Shown: in pieces, positions 17,957 to 26,482 of the stretch
Layout: the number at the start of each line of letters is the position of its first letter
Position numbering within the stretch: position 1 is the first letter of the stretch
Sequence record: SRR2962707_5528
Strand: one strand, 5' to 3'
DNA length: 38,678 nucleotides
Made by a program: the position numbers and the translations under genes
The notes under the pieces: model-generated
Told to the model about the DNA's origin: nothing
Seen by the model: only the letters and a program-made list of their open reading frames with translations
Database searches by the model: none

Positions 17957-19320
17957 CCGAAGAAGAGCGGCGTAAGAAGTTCGAGAGAGAACGCCGGCGC
18001 CAGCGCAACCGGAAGGTCCAGATCCAGCAAGAGCTGGATGACGAGGTCAGGGGGCATCTGGAGGAAGCGCGGGACCGGATCAACGGCCGGCTTGGTGGCG
18101 GTGGCACCGACTTCGAGAACTTTGTCCTGCCGTCGCTGAAGCGCGAGATCGATCAGCTACTGACCGAGACCGGGGAGAAGATGGCGGGCGCCGCAGCCGG
18201 CGCCGCGGACAAAGCATTCGACGCCGGCGCGGATCTGATCGACAAGCCGATCGCCGCCGGCGGCATCGAGATCGCCGCCGTTCTGCCGAAACTCGACCGG
18301 GGCCAGGTCATGGCGATCCGCTCTTTCCTCACCGGACGCATGAAGGATGTAACCGCCGAGGCGCACCGCAGGATCAACGCGGAGATCGGACAAGTCATCA
18401 TCGGCACGCAAACCGCGCACCAGGCAACCGAACGCGTAGCCAGGCACCTTACGAAGGGCGGTTTGTCCCGCGCACAGGGAATTGTCCGGACAGAGATCGG
18501 CCGGGCGTACGCAACGGCGTCGCAGCTACGAATGGACCAGGCGGCCGAGAAGTTGCCCGGATTGCAGAAGATCTGGCGCCGATCGGGCAAGATCAATTCG
18601 CGCGTTGCGCACGACCTTGCCGATGGGCAGACCCGGCCGGTCGACAAGCCGTTCGACGTCGGCGGTGAGCAGCTGATGTATCCGCGAGATCCGAAAGGAA
18701 GCGCAAAGAACACGATCCGGTGCGGTTGCGACAATCTGCCGCACATGGCGCACTGGGAAATGAAGCATCCGCAGGATCAGCCGTTCACCGATCGCGAGCG
18801 TGCCCTAAGTCCACTGAAGCACCGGATCGATGCCGTACGCCTGCAGGGCTACGACACCTGGTCGAGGAACGTGATCGCCGAACGCATACCCGCTGCCGGC
18901 AATTTCGAGACGGTCGCCAGCCTGGGTGAACCGGAGCGCGCGTTCCTGGTGGCCCGCGGTATCGAGCCGGCGACGATGGAGATCGCGATCAGCGACCGGC
19001 GTATTCGTCACATGGCACGAGACAGCAAGCGCGGTCGAGGCAACGCCATTCCGCCCGGCGTGATCCGGCGGCTGCCGGACCGGCTACTGGAACCGAAAGC
19101 CGTTCTTTGGCAGAAGACGGCGAAGACGCCGACGCTGTTGTATGTGTTCGAAGTCAAAGGCGAAAAACGCCTGGCGGCCGTCCCGGTCAAGATCCGGCGC
19201 CGGGACCGTCGTGAGAAGGTCCACAGCCATAACTGGATCGCCAGCGGTGGTATGATGGAGCCTCGGGTCTTGGCTGACACGAACTCGTACCAGCTGATCG
19301 ACGGCTCAGTATCGAAATAG
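17953..19320 (+). CDS. MuF head morphogenesis protein with C-terminal PBECR-like nuclease extension
   Basis: RAQGIVRTEIGRA, KIWR, RVAHDLADGQ, LMYPRDP, TIRCGC; extension with IAISDRRIRHMARDSK...LPDRLLEPKAVLW...LLYVF. Confidence 0.85.
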   Translation: MTEEERRKKFERERRRQRNRKVQIQQELDDEVRGHLEEARDRINGRLGGGGTDFENFVLPSLKREIDQLLTETGEKMAGAAAGAADKAFDAGADLIDKPIAAGGIEIAAVLPKLDRGQVMAIRSFLTGRMKDVTAEAHRRINAEIGQVIIGTQTAHQATERVARHLTKGGLSRAQGIVRTEIGRAYATASQLRMDQAAEKLPGLQKIWRRSGKINSRVAHDLADGQTRPVDKPFDVGGEQLMYPRDPKGSAKNTIRCGCDNLPHMAHWEMKHPQDQPFTDRERALSPLKHRIDAVRLQGYDTWSRNVIAERIPAAGNFETVASLGEPERAFLVARGIEPATMEIAISDRRIRHMARDSKRGRGNAIPPGVIRRLPDRLLEPKAVLWQKTAKTPTLLYVFEVKGEKRLAAVPVKIRRRDRREKVHSHNWIASGGMMEPRVLADTNSYQLIDGSVSK

Positions 19321-19345
19321 AAAGGCCCGGCGTTTCCACCGGGCC
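19312..19345 (-). terminator. Rho-independent terminator on the minus strand
   Basis: GGCCCGGtG-GAAA-CgCCGGGCC followed by TTTCTATTT on the minus strand. Confidence 0.6.
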
Positions 19346-19456
19346 GGATATAAATGTCGCCGAGAGGGTGCGCAACGTCCCTGAAGCCACAAGGGTCGGG
19401 AGCGGTCTGATGACCGGCCCCGGAGCGGAACCGACTTCCCGCCAAACACGGCGACT
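19318..19456 (-). ncRNA. Candidate structured small RNA convergent with MuF (tRNA/tmRNA-like topology)
   Basis: -10 TATATT on minus strand; 7-bp closing stem GTCGCCG/CGGCGAC; internal stems; ends in an intrinsic terminator. Confidence 0.55.
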
Positions 19457-19462
19457 GCGGAG

Positions 19463-19491
19463 AATATAGCCCAGATCGCGAAAAAAATCGA
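19463..19491 (-). promoter_or_regulatory. Putative sigma70 promoter of the sRNA
   Basis: TCGATT-N17-TATATT on the minus strand (weak -35). Confidence 0.45.
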
Positions 19492-19566
19492 CCCGGAAAA
19501 AGCGGGCCGTGACGGCCGCGCACCTCTCAGGTGGGCTCAATCCCCCGTGAAAACCGGAGATAGGGC

Positions 19567-19592
19567 CTCTTAGACCTCTTAAAAGCTCTTAG
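19567..19592 (+). repeat. Triple CTCTTA direct repeat
   Basis: CTCTTAgacCTCTTAaaagCTCTTAg. Confidence 0.5.
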
Positions 19593-19699
19593 TCGGCAAA
19601 ATTTCGGCGAGATGAACCCGGCAATAGACGCGGCGGTCGACTTGCGCTATGAGTCGCTCACTTCCGCAAAATCGAAAACTGCGACCCGGCCTGGCCGCC

Positions 19700-19746
19700 G
19701 GGCGTCACGTGACGCCCTTATTCCGGCCGTGCCGAACCGTGATGAT
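19700..19746 (+). promoter_or_regulatory. Putative late promoter (head/tail operon)
   Basis: Perfect 18-bp palindrome GGGCGTCACGTGACGCCC plus GATGAT at the same offset as the 11310 copy. Confidence 0.75.
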
Positions 19747-19803
19747 GCTGCCCGACTAGCCAGAGCATTGGTGCTCGAAATCACTAGACCGGGAAGTATC
19801 GAG

Positions 19804-20067
19804 ATGTCTGAACAAAAACCCCAGGACAAGGCCGCGCCGGCGCCCGCCAAAGACGAGGACGCTGCAGAGGTCATGACCGCGGCTGCCGCCGCGAAGAAGA
19901 TCGGCGGCGCCATTACCGTGTTCAAGCGCAAGGACGGCGAGATCGTCCTCGACAAGGACACAGGTAAGCCGCAGGTCGAGAAAACCGCCCTCGGTGCCAA
20001 GCACATTGTCGCAGTCGGTGAGACGCACGCCGTCACCGTCGACGGCCAGAAACACGAGCTGGCCTGA
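19804..20067 (+). CDS. Small hypothetical head-region protein
   Basis: ATG downstream of the late promoter; ends VTVDGQK. Confidence 0.65.
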   Translation: MSEQKPQDKAAPAPAKDEDAAEVMTAAAAAKKIGGAITVFKRKDGEIVLDKDTGKPQVEKTALGAKHIVAVGETHAVTVDGQKHELA

Positions 20068-20069
20068 TC

Positions 20070-22448
20070 ATGGCCAAGCGTACAGGTTCCTCCGTTCCGC
20101 ACCCGGCCCGCTTCCGCGAGGCCCAGGACGACACTGTGTTTGCAGTGCCGGCGCTGGGTCTCGTGGGGGCGGCCCTGCGCGAAGCTTTTGAAGGCGAGCT
20201 CAGCGGCCTGCAGGAGCAAATGTGGGAAGCTGTGCGTGCTGCATACCGCAAGGGCGACGACGGCCCCTGGCCGGAGATCGAGGCACTGTTTCCCGATTTC
20301 GTCGTCGTCGAAGTGTCGGGCAAACATTTTCATCACACGTACACCGTCAACGACGACGGCGTGACGCTGGGCGCCGCGACTGAAGTCAAACAGGCCTTCG
20401 TGCCGATCGAGGGTGACGACAAGCCCGCCATGCCGGGCGTCCTGTTCATGGAGGCCGAGGCCGGTGAGCGCCCCGGCCGTTATCGCGTACGTGTCATCCG
20501 CGCCGGCCTTTCCGGCAACAACTGCTTTTATCCGGATGCCGTTCTACGTGAGGCGCTGCCGCTTTTCGATGGGGTGCGTGTCTTCGTTAAGCCTGACGAG
20601 CTGCATCTCGCCGGCAAAGGCAAGTCCGTCGATAACCTCGTCGGCCGCCTGGTGGAGCCGCGGTTCGTTGAAGGTCAGAGCCCGGATACGGGCGAAGTCC
20701 AGGCAATCCTTGAAATGATCGAGCCCGAGGGCGCGGTCGCGGTGAAGATCCGCGAAGCGCTCAATCGCGGCATGGCCGATCTGTTCGGCCTCTCGATCGA
20801 CGCGGTCGGTACGGCCGTCGTCCGGCGTGAAGGCAACAAGCCGATGCGAGAAGCCCGGACCATCAAGAAACTCAACTCCGTCGACCTGATCGTTGAACCG
20901 GGCGCCGGCGGAGCTGTTGTCGAACTCATAGAGGCGAAAGCCAACCAACCGGAGACCAAGATCATGGATCGTGACGAACTCATTGCCCTGCTCGAAGCGA
21001 AGGGTTTGCTGAAAGGCAAGAACGCGGAAGATCTCAGCGACGACCAGCTGAAGGCAATCTTCACCGAGGCGCTGGACAATTCTGCAGTCGGCGACACGCC
21101 CGGCGGCGAAACCGGCGACGACAACGACGACGCGGATCTCCGCGAAGCACAGAATGACGACCGCCCGGCGACCGCCGGTGAGGTCCGCATGATCGAGGCG
21201 CGTGCCGCGATGCGCGACACGGTCAATGCATCGAACCTGCCCGACGCGGCGAAGGTTCGGCTGATCGGTCGTTTCTCCGCCATGACGGCATTCCGCGAAG
21301 CGGATGTCGCCCAGGCAATCAAGGACGAAGCCGACTACCTGGCCAACTTCACCGAGTCCGGTACCGTTCAGGGCCTCGGCGATGGTCGGATCGAGGTCGG
21401 CGAGACCCGGTTCGAGAAGTCCCAGCAGATGCTGGAGGCATTCTTCGATCGCGAAAACCCGAACCACCGCCACGCGCAGTCCTTCAAGGAATGCTATGTC
21501 GCGCTGACCGGTGACCGGCGCGTGACTGGCCAGACGCGCGAGTGCGACCAGGCGCTGATGCGTGAATCCATGGGCACCGATACCTTCCCGGACGTGCTCG
21601 GGGACTCGATCGCGCGCCGCATGATCGCGCTCTACCGACAGCCGGACCAGTACGACCTCTGGCGGCGCATCGTCGACGTGACGCAGATCAACGATTTCCG
21701 CACGCAGGAGCGCACCCGCATGGGCGGCTTCGGCGATATGCCGGTCGTTGCCGAGCGGGCGCCGTACGAAGAGCTCGCCGATCCGTCCGACGACAAGGCG
21801 ACCTATGCCGTCGAGAAACGCGGCGGTACCGCCTCGGTGACGCTGGAGATGATCAAGAACGACGATACCGGTGTCATCCGCCGTATCCCGAACCTGTTGT
21901 CCCGCGCGTCCAAGCGGACGCTCGGCAAGTTCGTGTTCGACTTCCTGCGGACAAACCCGGCGATCTACGATGGCGTTGCGCTGTTCCATGGCGATCACAA
22001 CAACCTGTTCACGACCGCACTTTCGGACGCCCAGTTCGCCGCTCATCGCCTGGCGATGAAGAACCAGCAGGAACTGGACGGTCATGACACGCTCGGCTTC
22101 GGGCCGCGTTACCTGATCGTTCCGGACGAGCTCGAAGAGACCGCGTACGACATGTTCCGCCGTGACACGAACAACGATGAGACGTTCGTGCAGACCTTGA
22201 AGCCAGTAATCCTTCCGGTCTGGTACTGGACGGATGCGAACGACTGGTGCACCGCTGCCGATCCGATGGACGGTGTCGGCATCGAGGTCGGTTTCCTCGA
22301 TGGCCAGGAAGAACCGGAACTGTTCGTCCAGGACAGCCCGACCGGCGGCTCGATGTTCTCGAACGATCAGACCACGTACAAGCTCCGTCACATCTACGGC
22401 GGCGTGGTCTGTGACTTCCGCGTCTTCACGAAAGCGGTGGTCGCCTAG
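20070..22448 (+). CDS. Fused prohead protease-scaffold-major capsid protein
   Basis: Protease part (IRAGLSGN..YPDAVL, GLSIDA, SVDLIVEPGAGG), acidic scaffold, C-terminal Mu gpT-like capsid (ALFHGDHNNL, PRYLIVP, GFLDGQEEPE). Confidence 0.9.
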   Translation: MAKRTGSSVPHPARFREAQDDTVFAVPALGLVGAALREAFEGELSGLQEQMWEAVRAAYRKGDDGPWPEIEALFPDFVVVEVSGKHFHHTYTVNDDGVTLGAATEVKQAFVPIEGDDKPAMPGVLFMEAEAGERPGRYRVRVIRAGLSGNNCFYPDAVLREALPLFDGVRVFVKPDELHLAGKGKSVDNLVGRLVEPRFVEGQSPDTGEVQAILEMIEPEGAVAVKIREALNRGMADLFGLSIDAVGTAVVRREGNKPMREARTIKKLNSVDLIVEPGAGGAVVELIEAKANQPETKIMDRDELIALLEAKGLLKGKNAEDLSDDQLKAIFTEALDNSAVGDTPGGETGDDNDDADLREAQNDDRPATAGEVRMIEARAAMRDTVNASNLPDAAKVRLIGRFSAMTAFREADVAQAIKDEADYLANFTESGTVQGLGDGRIEVGETRFEKSQQMLEAFFDRENPNHRHAQSFKECYVALTGDRRVTGQTRECDQALMRESMGTDTFPDVLGDSIARRMIALYRQPDQYDLWRRIVDVTQINDFRTQERTRMGGFGDMPVVAERAPYEELADPSDDKATYAVEKRGGTASVTLEMIKNDDTGVIRRIPNLLSRASKRTLGKFVFDFLRTNPAIYDGVALFHGDHNNLFTTALSDAQFAAHRLAMKNQQELDGHDTLGFGPRYLIVPDELEETAYDMFRRDTNNDETFVQTLKPVILPVWYWTDANDWCTAADPMDGVGIEVGFLDGQEEPELFVQDSPTGGSMFSNDQTTYKLRHIYGGVVCDFRVFTKAVVA

Positions 22449-22495
22449 CCCATAACCTCGCCCTGAAAGCGAAGAACCCCATGCAGGTTTGAACA

Positions 22496-22526
22496 GTGGC
22501 CCGGGTCGGCATGGCGTCCGGGCCAC
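22496..22526 (+). promoter_or_regulatory. Stem-loop after capsid gene
   Basis: GTGGCCCGG...CCGGGCCAC 9-bp stem, no U-tract. Confidence 0.45.
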
Positions 22527-22542
22527 AGTTGGAGAAGTAACA

Positions 22543-22992
22543 ATGATCAAGCGAATTTCTCTTCTCGCCGCCGTCGTGTGCGCGGTGGCCGCGATCGGCC
22601 TGGCGTCGATCGATGCCTACGCCGACACCAAGAACCTCTCGGTGTCGACGCCGGGTGTCGTAGTCGTGCCGATCCAGATCGCAGGACAGCGGACGGCATC
22701 GGTCGACGACGTCGCCGTCATCAAGCTGCCGTTCCGTGCCTACGTGATGGGTGTCTCGGCGACGGCGCGGGCTTCCGGCGGCACTACGCCGACGTTGACC
22801 GTCGATGTCGAAGACGATGGCACCTCGATCCTCTCGGCGCCGGTATCTGTCACGGCGGCCGCGGTTTCCGAAGGAACTGTCACGACGAAACAGATCGCCG
22901 ACGAAAGTCTGGTCTCTATCGATCTGGCGATCGGCGGCACGTCGCCGACGTGGGATGACATCACCGTCCTTCTGACCCTGCAGCGAATTTAG
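22543..22992 (+). CDS. Beta-rich protein at head-decoration position with signal-peptide-like N-terminus
   Basis: GGAG RBS; MIKRISLLAAVVCAVAAIGLASIDAYA|D. Confidence 0.7.
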   Translation: MIKRISLLAAVVCAVAAIGLASIDAYADTKNLSVSTPGVVVVPIQIAGQRTASVDDVAVIKLPFRAYVMGVSATARASGGTTPTLTVDVEDDGTSILSAPVSVTAAAVSEGTVTTKQIADESLVSIDLAIGGTSPTWDDITVLLTLQRI

Positions 22993-23013
22993 CGGGGGCA
23001 TCGGCGGCGCGAC

Positions 23014-23691
23014 ATGGCGATCGAGGACTATCAGGACCTGGTCACTTCACTGGTACGCGATCCGGACGGTTTGATCTCCGTTGCGGAACGCGACCAGGCG
23101 ATCGCGCTCGCCGTCTCCCGCTACTCGCAGGACTGCCCGCGGGAACTGCTCGCGGATCTGACGACGCCGGCGGAAGGTCTGCTTGACCTCCCCGCGTCCT
23201 TCGATCCCGAGTGGTCCCGCGTTATTTCTCTTGAAAGTCCGGTGGAGCAATCCCCGCCCATTTTCCTCGATCGCGAGACATGGACGATCTACGAAGGGCT
23301 CACCGGCAAGAAGATCATGTTCATTTCCCGGCCGCTGGCCGGTCAGGCGATCCGAGCCCGTTTCACCGCGCCGCACGTCGTCGACAATGACGACGACACT
23401 ATCCCGGCGAAACACCTGGAGGCCGTCTCCAGCTGGGCCGCTGCCGTACTATGTGAGCAACTGGCCTCCCAGTTCTCCGGCGACAGCATTCCGACGATCG
23501 CGGCCGACAGCGTCGACCACCAATCCAAGGGCCGCGATTTTGCAAACCGCGCGTCGCGCCTGCGCAAACATTATTACGACAGCATCGGCGTCGATCCGAA
23601 GCGGAACGTTGCCGCCGGCGTTGTTGTGGATCTCGACATCAATGACAGCCGCGGTCGCGACCGCATCTTCCACAGGAGATCCGGACGATGA
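23014..23691 (+). CDS. Putative head-tail connector
   Basis: Position after head genes; inference only. Confidence 0.55.
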   Translation: MAIEDYQDLVTSLVRDPDGLISVAERDQAIALAVSRYSQDCPRELLADLTTPAEGLLDLPASFDPEWSRVISLESPVEQSPPIFLDRETWTIYEGLTGKKIMFISRPLAGQAIRARFTAPHVVDNDDDTIPAKHLEAVSSWAAAVLCEQLASQFSGDSIPTIAADSVDHQSKGRDFANRASRLRKHYYDSIGVDPKRNVAAGVVVDLDINDSRGRDRIFHRRSGR

Positions 23692-24206
23692 GTGGCCTGC
23701 AGATCCGCATGGACGTCCGTGGTGCTGAACGCATCGCCCAGCTTATCGACAAGGCACCGGAGATCGTTCTCGACGAGATGGACACCGCCGTCTACGAGAG
23801 CAGCCTGCTTGTCGAGCGCGAGGTTCGCGAGCGTACGCCGGCCGGTGTCGGCGCCGGCGGTGGTCTGCGCGGGTCCATCGGCGCACAACGGCCGCGGCGG
23901 TCGCTGGACGGCATCATCGGCGTGACCGGAACATCTGCGCTTCATGCGGTGCCCGTCGAGCTCGGAACCAAGCCGCACTTTCCGCCGCTGGCGCCGCTGG
24001 TGGAATGGGTCAAGGTCAAGTTCGGTCTTAGCGACAATGAAGCTCATGCGGCCGCCCGTGGCGTGCAGCGCAAGATTGGCCGCAAGGGCACCGAGGGCGC
24101 CCACATGTTCGAGAAAGGGCTGAAGGCCGCGGAACCTCAGATTGAGACGGTCTTCGAGCGCGCACTCGATCGCGCAGTCGAGCGGATCTCCGGAGGCGCG
24201 GCATGA
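23688..24206 (+). CDS. HK97 gp10-like neck/tail-completion protein
   Basis: RTP...GLRGSI...AVPVELGTKPH. Confidence 0.7.
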   Translation: MSGLQIRMDVRGAERIAQLIDKAPEIVLDEMDTAVYESSLLVEREVRERTPAGVGAGGGLRGSIGAQRPRRSLDGIIGVTGTSALHAVPVELGTKPHFPPLAPLVEWVKVKFGLSDNEAHAAARGVQRKIGRKGTEGAHMFEKGLKAAEPQIETVFERALDRAVERISGGAA

Positions 24207-24790
24207 CGCTCAATGCGCAACGCACAGCCATCGTATCAACCCTGACGTCGGTCGCCGGCGTCGGCATGGTGCACGGCTTCCAAAGATATGCCCGTCGCTC
24301 GGCAGATCTGCAGGCCCTTTATGAAGAGAACGACAAACTGCTCGGCTGGTACATCACCCGCAGGAACAGTGAGGAGCGCCAACACCACGCTCTTTCCAAC
24401 GAGGCGATCACACGTTGGGAGATCGTCGGTTATCGGGCGGTCGAGGACGAACTGCAGTCCGAGATCGAGTTCGACAACCTCATAGAGGCAATCCGGGCAG
24501 CGTTCCGCATCGATGAGACACTCGGCGGCGCGGTGAACTCGACCACTTATCAGAACCGGATCGGCGTCCAGGTCGACAGTGTCGAACCGGTGATGTTTGC
24601 CGGCGTGCTGTGCCACATGGCCGTCCTCTCGCTGGTGACGATCGCGGACGGCGACACGTTCGTCACTGTCCAGGATGCCTTTGAGCAACTTCACACCGAT
24701 TGGGACGTGCCGGTACACGGCAATGTCTCGACGAACCTGCCGGCCGTGACGGCCGACGCCCAAGACGACATCGAACCGGAGCAAGACTGA
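24203..24790 (+). CDS. Putative tail terminator/completion protein
   Basis: Position before gp38/sheath; FRIDETLGG, PVMFAGVLCH. Confidence 0.55.
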   Translation: MTLNAQRTAIVSTLTSVAGVGMVHGFQRYARRSADLQALYEENDKLLGWYITRRNSEERQHHALSNEAITRWEIVGYRAVEDELQSEIEFDNLIEAIRAAFRIDETLGGAVNSTTYQNRIGVQVDSVEPVMFAGVLCHMAVLSLVTIADGDTFVTVQDAFEQLHTDWDVPVHGNVSTNLPAVTADAQDDIEPEQD

Positions 24791-24975
24791 TGAAACTCAC
24801 GCTTAAACCCTCGTCCGCGGATCTCGTCGTCCGCGATCCCGTCACCTTCGAACAGCTGCCCGCCGAAGGGAAAGCCGTCGAGGTCACGTCCTACTGGCGC
24901 CGGCGTATCCGCTCCGGCGACGTCGAGCAGGTCAAGGCCGCGTCGAAAAAGAAACCCGAGCAGAAGGACTCCTGA
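24790..24975 (+). CDS. Mu gp38/DUF2635-like protein
   Basis: VRDP...LPAEG...YWRRRIRSGDV. Confidence 0.85.
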   Translation: MKLTLKPSSADLVVRDPVTFEQLPAEGKAVEVTSYWRRRIRSGDVEQVKAASKKKPEQKDS

Positions 24976-24978
24976 TCC

Positions 24979-26454
24979 ATGACCATCAGCTTCAACCAGA
25001 TCCCGATCAACATCCGGACGCCGGGTGCCTACATTGAGATCGACAACTCGAACGCCGTTCGCGGTCTGCCCGGCATTCCGTCGCGCATCCTCGTCATCGG
25101 TCAGCGCCTTACCACCGGCACCGTTGCCGAGGCCGTGCCGACGCGCGTTCTCAACGAGGACGAGGCGGAGGTGTTCTTCGGCCGTGGCTCGATGCTGCAC
25201 CTCATGTTCCGTGCCCTGAAGGCCAACAACGACTGGACCGAGACCTGGGCGATCGCGCTCGACGACGACGGCGCAGCCGTTGCCGCGTCCGGTACCGTCA
25301 CGTTCGGCGACGGCACGACGGCCGCGGGCACCCTCAATCTTTATATCGCCGGCCAGCGCGTGCGTGTCGCCGTGGCGGCTGACGACAGTGGCAGCGACAT
25401 CGCCACCAAGGTCGCCGCGGCGATCACGGCCGCGACCGATCTGCCGGTCACGGCCGCGGTCAATGGCGTTACCGCTGAGCAGGTCGACATCACCGCCCGC
25501 AACAAGGGCGTTGCCGGCAACGACATCGATCTCCGCGTCAACCACTACCCGGACGAAAAGCTGCCGGCCGGCCTGACCGTGACGTTTTCGGCCATGGCAT
25601 CGGGCTCCGGCAATCCGGACATCGCCGATGCGATCGCCGTGATCGGCGACCAGTGGTACACGGACTGGATCGTGCCCTGGACGGATGCCTCCAACCTGAC
25701 GGCACTCGAAGCCGAGCTGGCATCACGTTTCGGCCCGATGGTGATGCAGGACGCGAGCGCCTATACGGGCGCACGCGGCACGCATTCGGCGCTGACCACA
25801 CTGGGTAACGGCCGCAACTCGCCGCACCTTTCGATCATCGGCGCCGACAGCTCGCCGTCCGCGCCCTGGGCATGGGCGGCTGCCTTCGGTGCGGTCTGCG
25901 CGTACCACACCAAGATCGATCCGGCTCGGCCGCTGCAGACGCTCGGCCTCAAAGGCATCATCCCGCCCAAGGTCGAGGATCAGTTCACGCTGCAGGAGCG
26001 AAACCTTCTGCTGTACGACGCGATCGCGACCTTCACCGTCGACGACGGCGGAATCGTGCGTATCGAACGTGCGATCACGACGTACGAGACGAATGCGCAG
26101 AGCGTCGACGATCCGTCGTTCCTCGATCTAAACACCATGAAGACGCTGGCCTACCTGCGCTACAGCGTCCGGGCCCGCATCCTGCAGAAGTTCCCGCGCC
26201 ACAAGCTGGCCGATGACGGGACGCGTTTCGGCGCAGGTCAGTTGGTCGTCACGCCGATGATCATCCGGGCCGAGCTGATCGCACTCTTCAGGCAGTGGGA
26301 AGACGCCGGCCTGGCCGAGAACATTGACCAGTTCAAGACTGACCTGATCGTCGAACGCGACGGCAGCGATGTGAACCGCGTCAATGCGCTGATCCCGCCG
26401 GACATCATCAACCAGTTCCGCGTCCTCGCGGCGAACGTTCAATTCCGTCTGTAA
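24979..26454 (+). CDS. Tail sheath protein (Mu gpL-like)
   Basis: ISFNQIP..IRTPGAYIEIDNS, FGRGS, DPARPLQTL, FPRHKLADDG. Confidence 0.95.
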   Translation: MTISFNQIPINIRTPGAYIEIDNSNAVRGLPGIPSRILVIGQRLTTGTVAEAVPTRVLNEDEAEVFFGRGSMLHLMFRALKANNDWTETWAIALDDDGAAVAASGTVTFGDGTTAAGTLNLYIAGQRVRVAVAADDSGSDIATKVAAAITAATDLPVTAAVNGVTAEQVDITARNKGVAGNDIDLRVNHYPDEKLPAGLTVTFSAMASGSGNPDIADAIAVIGDQWYTDWIVPWTDASNLTALEAELASRFGPMVMQDASAYTGARGTHSALTTLGNGRNSPHLSIIGADSSPSAPWAWAAAFGAVCAYHTKIDPARPLQTLGLKGIIPPKVEDQFTLQERNLLLYDAIATFTVDDGGIVRIERAITTYETNAQSVDDPSFLDLNTMKTLAYLRYSVRARILQKFPRHKLADDGTRFGAGQLVVTPMIIRAELIALFRQWEDAGLAENIDQFKTDLIVERDGSDVNRVNALIPPDIINQFRVLAANVQFRL

Positions 26455-26482
26455 GCCGGAAAGACACAAAGGAGACTGAAAT

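Noticed and set aside
19403-19435. Hammerhead ribozyme (CTGATGA...GAA)
   Set aside because: No GAAA after a proper stem II and no stems I/III; CTGATGA is part of the CGGTC/GACCG hairpin
19355-19456. Canonical tRNA gene
   Set aside because: No TTCGA T-loop, D-stem, 7-nt anticodon loop or CCA
19008-19540. Minus-strand ORFs as MuF immunity protein
   Set aside because: They overlap MuF, run through the terminator, lack an RBS and have low-complexity composition
20544-22550. 668-aa minus-strand ORF and similar long antisense ORFs
   Set aside because: Shadow frames of high-GC genes with no recognisable motifs
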